Below are positions 58,207 to 64,000 of a stretch of 64,000 bases of DNA, piece by piece. Below the pieces are notes generated by a model. That model did no database searches and was not told the DNA's origin. It saw only the letters and a list, made by a program, of their open reading frames with translations. Source of the stretch: a virus; IMG/VR virus record IMGVR_UViG_3300044846_005371, positions 32,001 to 96,000 of that record, one strand, 5' to 3'. How positions within the stretch are numbered: position 1 is the first letter of the stretch; every line of letters begins with the position of its first letter. The position numbers and the translations under genes were made by a program.

Positions 58207-60081
58207 ATGGCAAAGTCAAAAGGAGTCGAACAAAAATATCAAAAGCTAACTGATGTTGAGCACGTCTTACTTAGACCATTTATGTATATAGGATCTATCT
58301 CTCCTCATACTGGAGAGCAGTATTTGTATAATGGAAGTGAGATATTAAAGGAAGAAGTTGTATACAATCCCGGTTTTATCAAATTATTTGATGAGATCGT
58401 GTCCAACTCAGTTGATGAACATCGTCGTAATCCAAAACTAAATGAAATTAGAGTAACTGTCGATGTCGATAATGGAGAGATTTCAGTTTGGGATAATGGT
58501 GGAATTCCAGTACAAAAGCATAAAGTGCATAAAGAATGGATCCCCGAAATGATCTTCTCAAATCTAAAATCTGGTTCGAACTTTGATGATAGCGAGGAGA
58601 GAATAGTTGCCGGGACAAATGGTGTCGGCTCAACCTTAACAAATATCTTTTCAAAACAATTCACAGTAAAGACTTGTGATGGAGTAAATAAGTTCGAGCA
58701 AACTTTTACTGATAACATGCTAAAGAGAAGCAAGCCAACGGTTTCTCCTGCTAAAAAAGGATTTACTGAAATATCATTTATTCCAGATCTAAAGAGATTT
58801 GGAATGACTGTAATAGATGAAGTTAGCACAAAAATTCTATTTAAGAGATGCTTGGATGTTGCTGGCTGTAATTCAAAGTTGACAGTTAGTTTCACAATAA
58901 TTAAGGATGGAAAGTCCACCAAAAGTGTTCTAAAGTTCAAAACTTTCGAAGAATATATCGCATTGTATACATCAGATTATTTTTACGAAGAATCTAAAGA
59001 TTGGAAGATAGGTTTTGCCAAATCTGACTCAGGTTTTGCAAATGTCAGTTTTGTAAATACTGTTCATACTAAGGATGGCGGATCGCATGTTGAATATATC
59101 GCAAATCAGCTCATCAATCAATTGCGTGAGATGATTAAGAAAAAGCACAAAGTTGATGTAAAGCCAAGCGACATTAAAAATTACCTTTATGTGTTTATTG
59201 ATTGTAATATCGTAAACTCGTCATTTAGCTCGCAAACCAAAGAAAAACTCATTACTGAACCTAAGGATTTCAAAACAAAACATGAGGTCACTGATAAAAT
59301 TGCAAAGCTGATATTCAAATCCGATATTATCCAATCTGTTTTGGACTGGGTTGAAAAGAAAGCGCTTGCTCAAGAAAGAGCTGAAATGCGCAAGTTAAAC
59401 AGTCAACTAGATAAGAATAAAGTTGCTAACTTAATTGATGCTCAACGTAAGGGAGACAGAGGAATTTGCATACTTGGAATATACGAAGGAATGTCCGCAT
59501 TATCCGCTGTTCGAAAGTTTAGAGATACTCAAACGATGGGAGCTTATCCATTAAGAGGAAAATTTCTAAATGTTAGCGAACTATCTAATTCCGAAGTTAT
59601 AGCAAATAAGGAGGTAAAAGGTCTTATGGGTTCGCTTGGCTTGAAGCTAGGAGAAGAACCTACTGGATTAAGATACGGTCGAATCTACTTGTATGTCGAT
59701 GCTGATCCTGATGGAAATTCAATCGCAGGTCAATTGATAAATTTCTTTAATAAGTACTGGCCAGAATTATTCGAGCAGGGCAGAATCTATAAAGTAATGA
59801 CACCATTAGTTGTTGCTAGAAAAGGATCAACTATTAATAGCTTCTATACTCAAGCAGAGTTTGATGCCTGGCTGTCTAAAAACAATCCAAAATCTTGGAG
59901 TATAGAATACAAGAAAGGATTAGCTGCGTTAGAGGATGACGAATATCAGGAAATAATAAAGAATCCATATGTTGTGCAATTGAAAAATGATCACACTACT
60001 CGAGATTCATTAAATGCCTGGTTCGGCAGTGATTCTCAACCTAGAAAGGAAAAAATACTAAACTTACAACCTAATATCTAA
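58207..60081 (+). CDS. Type IIA topoisomerase ATPase/TOPRIM subunit (gp39+gp60 fused, GyrB-like)
   Basis: HVLLRP.MYIG, DEIVSNSVD, DNGGIP, GTNGVG, EGMSA, PLRGK, DADPDG, YKKGL. Confidence 0.95.
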   Translation: MAKSKGVEQKYQKLTDVEHVLLRPFMYIGSISPHTGEQYLYNGSEILKEEVVYNPGFIKLFDEIVSNSVDEHRRNPKLNEIRVTVDVDNGEISVWDNGGIPVQKHKVHKEWIPEMIFSNLKSGSNFDDSEERIVAGTNGVGSTLTNIFSKQFTVKTCDGVNKFEQTFTDNMLKRSKPTVSPAKKGFTEISFIPDLKRFGMTVIDEVSTKILFKRCLDVAGCNSKLTVSFTIIKDGKSTKSVLKFKTFEEYIALYTSDYFYEESKDWKIGFAKSDSGFANVSFVNTVHTKDGGSHVEYIANQLINQLREMIKKKHKVDVKPSDIKNYLYVFIDCNIVNSSFSSQTKEKLITEPKDFKTKHEVTDKIAKLIFKSDIIQSVLDWVEKKALAQERAEMRKLNSQLDKNKVANLIDAQRKGDRGICILGIYEGMSALSAVRKFRDTQTMGAYPLRGKFLNVSELSNSEVIANKEVKGLMGSLGLKLGEEPTGLRYGRIYLYVDADPDGNSIAGQLINFFNKYWPELFEQGRIYKVMTPLVVARKGSTINSFYTQAEFDAWLSKNNPKSWSIEYKKGLAALEDDEYQEIIKNPYVVQLKNDHTTRDSLNAWFGSDSQPRKEKILNLQPNI

Positions 60082-60087
60082 AAATAA

Positions 60088-60567
60088 ATGAAAGCCGTAA
60101 AAGTTACTAAATTGAATAGCGCTATGCAACGCTTAAATCTGAATATTAACCAAGTAGTTGCTAGATTCTATGCAGAGATTAATGAATCCTTCAACTTAGA
60201 CAATAATCCGAATAGCGATAAAGTAATAACTTTTCTTCTCTCAATTGATGAAGTTATTGAAGGAGTTGAAAAGGTCGCTGGGATGAAATTTTTTACGGAA
60301 GATCGAAAGAAAACAGATGAGTTGGTTACATATAGACAATTCTGTTACTACATACTTACTACTATGGGATATGGCCCTAGCCAAATTGCATCACGAGTTG
60401 GATATAACCATGCGACCGTAATACATGGAAAAAACAATATTGAAGATTTATTGGATGTAGGCAGCGCAAAATACATGTATATGTATATTGAAATCATTGA
60501 TCACCTTAAGCAAGTATACGCAAACAAAAAAACATTCAGAAACATACCTGATATCGTATCTAAATAA
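60088..60567 (+). CDS. Protein containing DnaA domain IV (DnaA-box-binding helix-turn-helix), no AAA+ domain
   Basis: SIDEVIEGV...RQFCYYI...SQIASRVGYNHATVIHG..NIEDL aligns by eye with DnaA TIDNIQKTV...RQMAMAL...EIGDAFGGRDHTTVLHA..KIEQL. Confidence 0.8.
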   Translation: MKAVKVTKLNSAMQRLNLNINQVVARFYAEINESFNLDNNPNSDKVITFLLSIDEVIEGVEKVAGMKFFTEDRKKTDELVTYRQFCYYILTTMGYGPSQIASRVGYNHATVIHGKNNIEDLLDVGSAKYMYMYIEIIDHLKQVYANKKTFRNIPDIVSK

Positions 60568-61928
60568 TGGCAAAGAAAACAGTTCAAACAGTTACTGATT
60601 ACTTAGACACTGCATATCGTGAATATGCAGTATATGTTGTCGAAAATAGAGCAATTCCATCAGTTATTGATGGATTCAAGCCAACTCAACGTAAAGTAGT
60701 TTTTGTAGCAGATAGAGTATGGAAAAACGGTTCTGAAAAGAACTTAAAAATATTTCAGTTAGCTGGTAAGGTTGCAAGTGATGCTCATTACCACCATGGA
60801 GATTCATCTCTAAGCGGAGCAATTATTGGAATGGCTCAAAAATTCAAGAACTCAATGCCGGTTTTGGATGAAATTGGTCAATTCGGATCCTTACGTTCTC
60901 CTGAAGCAGGTGCTCCTCGCTATATCTCAACGAGACTTCATCCTAATTTTAGATTACTATACAAGGATTTTGAATTGCTCTCTCCTAGATACGAAGAAGG
61001 TAATGAGATCGAACCTCAATACTTTTTACCAATTATACCTACTGTTCTATTAAATGGAGGAAGCGGGATCGCTGTCGGGTTTGCGACAAATATCCTAAAT
61101 AGAAATCCATTGGAGCTAATTGACGCATGTATTAAGTCCCTGGAAGGCAAGAAGTTTAAGGAGCCTCAGCCATGGTTTAATGGATTTAGCGGAACTTGCG
61201 AAAGAGTTGATGATACTAATTCTTGGATCTTTAGAGGTCTTTATGAGATAAAGAATACGAGCACCATTCAAATATTGGAACTTCCACCATCAATGACCTA
61301 TGAAAAGTATGATGCTTATCTAAATGGTCTTGAGGAAACTCGTAGAATCACAGAATACGACAATAATTGTAAGTCTGATGTGAACTATCTCATCAAGATG
61401 AGAAGAGAAGAAATTAAATCATTGCAGACTAGTGATAAGTTAGCTAAATTCCTAAAGATGGAGGAGAAAGAATCCGAAAACTTCACAGTTTTGGATGAAA
61501 ATGGAGCTTTAAAGATATTTGAATCTGCGACAGACATCATCAACTATTTCGTAAACTTTAGATTAGGTTATTACAGTAAAAGAAAGGAGTATTTGATCGC
61601 AAAAATCGAATCTGAACTTCTAAACTTAAGTAATCGTGCAAGATTCATTAAGGAAATTATTGAAGGCACGTTAAAAGTAAATAATGTTGCACGTAGCGTG
61701 ATTGAAGAGCAGCTAGAAAAGAAAAAATTTGATAAGATCTCAGAATCGTATTCGTATCTTCTTTCTATGGCAATTCATACTCTAACTAAGGAAAAATTTG
61801 AAGAGCTTTGTAAGCAAGTGGAAGTGAAGAAGGAAGAATTGGAGATGATTAAGTCTAAAACACCAGATGGCATGTATAAAGAAGATCTTTCTGAGTTAAA
61901 AAGAGCAATTTCTAAGCAATATAGTTAG
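60567..61928 (+). CDS. Type IIA topoisomerase breakage-reunion subunit (gp52, GyrA-like)
   Basis: RAIPSVIDGFKPTQRK, YHHGDSS, APRYI (catalytic Tyr), NGGSGIAVGFAT. Confidence 0.95.
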   Translation: MAKKTVQTVTDYLDTAYREYAVYVVENRAIPSVIDGFKPTQRKVVFVADRVWKNGSEKNLKIFQLAGKVASDAHYHHGDSSLSGAIIGMAQKFKNSMPVLDEIGQFGSLRSPEAGAPRYISTRLHPNFRLLYKDFELLSPRYEEGNEIEPQYFLPIIPTVLLNGGSGIAVGFATNILNRNPLELIDACIKSLEGKKFKEPQPWFNGFSGTCERVDDTNSWIFRGLYEIKNTSTIQILELPPSMTYEKYDAYLNGLEETRRITEYDNNCKSDVNYLIKMRREEIKSLQTSDKLAKFLKMEEKESENFTVLDENGALKIFESATDIINYFVNFRLGYYSKRKEYLIAKIESELLNLSNRARFIKEIIEGTLKVNNVARSVIEEQLEKKKFDKISESYSYLLSMAIHTLTKEKFEELCKQVEVKKEELEMIKSKTPDGMYKEDLSELKRAISKQYS

Positions 61929-61929
61929 G

Positions 61930-61943
61930 ATAAATAATAAAAA
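61930..61943 (+). promoter_or_regulatory. Putative late promoter ATAAATAATAAAAA
   Basis: Exact 14-mer immediately after the topoisomerase stop and upstream of the ferritin-like gene. Confidence 0.72.
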
Positions 61944-61954
61944 TACATATAGTG

Positions 61955-62320
61955 ATGTCTTCAATCATAGTAAATTTCATAAAAATGCAGCAGCAAGTCA
62001 GAATATTTCACTGGCAGTCTACTAGTTACTCTAGGCATAATGCATTTGGTTCAATATATTCAGACTTTGATGGTCTTATTGATGAATTTATGGAGGTGTA
62101 TATGGGAAAATATGGAAGAGTTGCGCTAGAGCAAGGAGAGTCAGTAGATTTATACAATATTGGAGATCTTCCACTAAATGATTATTTACAAACAGTTACT
62201 CAATTTCTATTAGATTTTGACTCATCTCTGAATGCTCATCAGGATACTGATCTTTTAAATCTTAGAGATGAAATGTTGAGCAAAGTGAACAAACTTAAGT
62301 ATTTATTAACTTTAAAATAA
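61955..62320 (+). CDS. Ferritin/Dps-like protein
   Basis: FHWQ...Y..H..F..IY.......IDEFME and LRDEM four-helix diiron pattern. Confidence 0.75.
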   Translation: MSSIIVNFIKMQQQVRIFHWQSTSYSRHNAFGSIYSDFDGLIDEFMEVYMGKYGRVALEQGESVDLYNIGDLPLNDYLQTVTQFLLDFDSSLNAHQDTDLLNLRDEMLSKVNKLKYLLTLK

Positions 62321-62321
62321 G

Positions 62322-62876
62322 ATGCATATTTTAGACAATTTTATTTCTTGGAAAGATGCCAAGAAGCTCTTTGAGGAGAAACAAACATATGAATATGGCT
62401 GTGCTATGTTATATTTTGAAATGCCTCAAATGAAGGAACTTCACGAATCAATAGCTCCAGATGATGTATACACACAAGAAGGAGATCGTTCGTTTGGATT
62501 AGAAACAAATCCTCACGTAACTCTATTATATGGCTTACATCACGATGTCGATCATGATGCAGTTATGAACACTTGTCAATCTCGACAATATCCTCAACTT
62601 ACTCTAAAGAATGCATCATGCTTCAATAATTCAGATTATGATGTTTTGAAATTCGATGTCGATTCACCAGAGTTACACCAAGTAAATCAGGAATTGACTA
62701 AATTTCCTCATACTACTAATTTTCCTGACTATCATCCACATTCTACTATTGCTTACCTTAATAAAGGCGCAGGCCAAAAGTATATTGATGCGCTAAGAGG
62801 AAAAGAATTCACAGTTACTCCAAATAAGATAGTCTATTCATTAGCGTCTGGAGATAAGATTGAAAATCCTTTATAA
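62322..62876 (+). CDS. 2H phosphoesterase, T4 gp57B/Acb1-like
   Basis: Two HxT motifs: PHVTLLY and DYHPHSTIAY, the second matching the T4 gp57B DYTPHITLSY pattern. Confidence 0.8.
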   Translation: MHILDNFISWKDAKKLFEEKQTYEYGCAMLYFEMPQMKELHESIAPDDVYTQEGDRSFGLETNPHVTLLYGLHHDVDHDAVMNTCQSRQYPQLTLKNASCFNNSDYDVLKFDVDSPELHQVNQELTKFPHTTNFPDYHPHSTIAYLNKGAGQKYIDALRGKEFTVTPNKIVYSLASGDKIENPL

Positions 62877-62924
62877 TATTTTAATTTAGGTCGAGGCTTT
62901 AGTATATTTTTAAAAAAGACTCAT

Positions 62925-63152
62925 ATGACAGCACATAAAGTAGGCGATCAATACCGATTAAACGAGCTATCGGTTCAAGAAGGAGGTACTTCCTTAACAG
63001 TATATCAGAATGATGGAAAAGTACTAATCTACGATAAGATAAAATCCGTAGAAAAGTACATCAATTCAATTCTTAATAAGAAACGTGGATCCATTCTTAG
63101 AATAGTTGACACTAATACTAATCATCAATACTATCCAAATGTCGAACAATAG
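62925..63152 (+). CDS. Hypothetical protein
   Basis: 75 aa, preceded by TAGTATATTTT. Confidence 0.6.
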   Translation: MTAHKVGDQYRLNELSVQEGGTSLTVYQNDGKVLIYDKIKSVEKYINSILNKKRGSILRIVDTNTNHQYYPNVEQ

Positions 63153-63351
63153 AGAAATAATACAACACCTATTGGAGATGATGGAAAAGTTTTCAGGTGA
63201 GCCAGGCAGAACAATATCAGAATCGAACTTTTCAGACTTTGAAAAGTATGCAATTAGTTATCTTAAAAAGAATCTGTTAATTACTCGAGAATCAGCTATT
63301 TCAGAATTTAACTGGTTCGTCAATAAGTACCACATCTCAGTTGTTAAATAG
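63139..63351 (+). CDS. Hypothetical protein
   Basis: Start reassigned to ATG 63139 (MSNNREII). Confidence 0.5.
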   Translation: MSNNREIIQHLLEMMEKFSGEPGRTISESNFSDFEKYAISYLKKNLLITRESAISEFNWFVNKYHISVVK

Positions 63352-63403
63352 AGGATCACGGATGGACTTATTATCTAATTAAATATTTCTAAGTATCACA
63401 CAT

Positions 63404-63431
63404 AAAAAAAGAGGACCGAAGTCCTCTTTTT
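63404..63431. terminator. Rho-independent terminator of the capsid gene, bidirectional
   Basis: Minus strand reads AAAAA-GAGGAC-TTCG-GTCCTC-TTTTTTT, with a C(UUCG)G tetraloop. Confidence 0.92.
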
Positions 63432-63449
63432 CATTTATCTACGTTTCTA

Positions 63450-64000
63450 TTAAGGAACGATAGTAGTTGATCCAGTCAAGATACCAATAGCGCCATCTGA
63501 CAATGTCATAGTAACGTATTGAGTTTCTGGATGCCATCCAGCCTCGGTGATAGCATAACGAGACTTCATTCCGATCTTAGGAGAGAAAGTTCCCTCTGCG
63601 ATAGTTTGAAGAGACTCGGCCATGATGTAAGGCATGAATTTAACACCTGGTTCTTCATCAGCACCTTTACGTCCGAAAACGATACGATCTGATCCGAAAG
63701 GCAAGTTAGGATCTACAAATACTTGTACTCCATAAACTTTACCAGCAGGATACAATTGACCAGCTGTTCCAGCGAAGTCGCTAGGAACTTGAGCGATGCT
63801 GTAACCAGCAACGTCAGCCAACGCAGAAGCAACACGACCACCACATACCATGAAGGTAGCAGCACCGAAACGACCTCTGTGATAGATCAAGTTAGCTAAT
63901 TCAAGAACCTTAGTAACGAAACGACGTTGCAAAGTTGAAGTGTTATCGAAAGAACCTGCAGCCAAGTTCAAAGTAACAACATCAGAACCTTCTAATGCAA
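63450..64000 (-). CDS. Major capsid protein, gp23-like (3' end only)
   Basis: RGRFGAATFMVC, GKVYGVQVFVDP, FMPY, TFSPKIGMKSRYA. The frame stays open to the window edge, so the track start is not the real start. Confidence 0.93.
   Translation of the reverse strand, partial: ALEGSDVVTLNLAAGSFDNTSTLQRRFVTKVLELANLIYHRGRFGAATFMVCGGRVASALADVAGYSIAQVPSDFAGTAGQLYPAGKVYGVQVFVDPNLPFGSDRIVFGRKGADEEPGVKFMPYIMAESLQTIAEGTFSPKIGMKSRYAITEAGWHPETQYVTMTLSDGAIGILTGSTTIVP

Noticed and set aside
58305-58940. 211 aa antisense ORF, and the many other short ORFs in the track that overlap long genes on the opposite strand or in shifted frames
   Set aside because: Fully nested in well-supported genes, no motifs, composition typical of shadow ORFs.

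Overview
A 64 kb, AT-rich (roughly one third GC), gene-dense segment of a large T4-like myovirus (jumbo-phage scale), read with the standard code. The host is probably in Bacteroidota (inference: no Shine-Dalgarno motifs, Bacteroidota-style accessory genes). Layout: (1) a leftward accessory/repair operon (uvsE, membrane-anchored glucosaminidase, P-loop kinase, RNA ligase, thioesterase, two exonucleases, groEL), followed by a >1000 aa ORF running off the window that the ORF track missed; (2) a structured 247 nt divergent intergenic region; (3) RuvC-like resolvase, gp55-like late sigma factor and an 18 kb block of very large baseplate/fibre proteins; (4) neck gp14, gp15, small basic putative internal head proteins, a SET-domain protein, a gp3-like protein and tail sheath gp18; (5) a replication block (dUTPase, N-terminal half of a split PolB, UvsX, gp41, gp47/gp46, a thymidylate-synthase homologue carrying the dCMP-specifying Asp, dCMP deaminase); (6) tail tube gp19 and more small putative head proteins; (7) NEIL1-like glycosylase, cyclic-phosphate receiver protein, DinG helicase, topoisomerase II subunits interrupted by a DnaA domain IV gene, a ferritin-like protein, an Acb1/gp57B-like 2H phosphoesterase and the 3' end of major capsid gp23. 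Six exact copies of ATAAATAATAAAAA mark likely late promoters. Best leads: probable cytosine modification of the genome, and a set of proteins with T4-style capsid-targeting N-termini (including an anti-CBASS-like enzyme and a protease) that may be a virion-delivered effector payload, with a vSET-like methyltransferase beside the Lys-rich members. All family calls are motif recognition by eye, without database searches. No tRNA, rRNA, CRISPR array or mobile element was seen.
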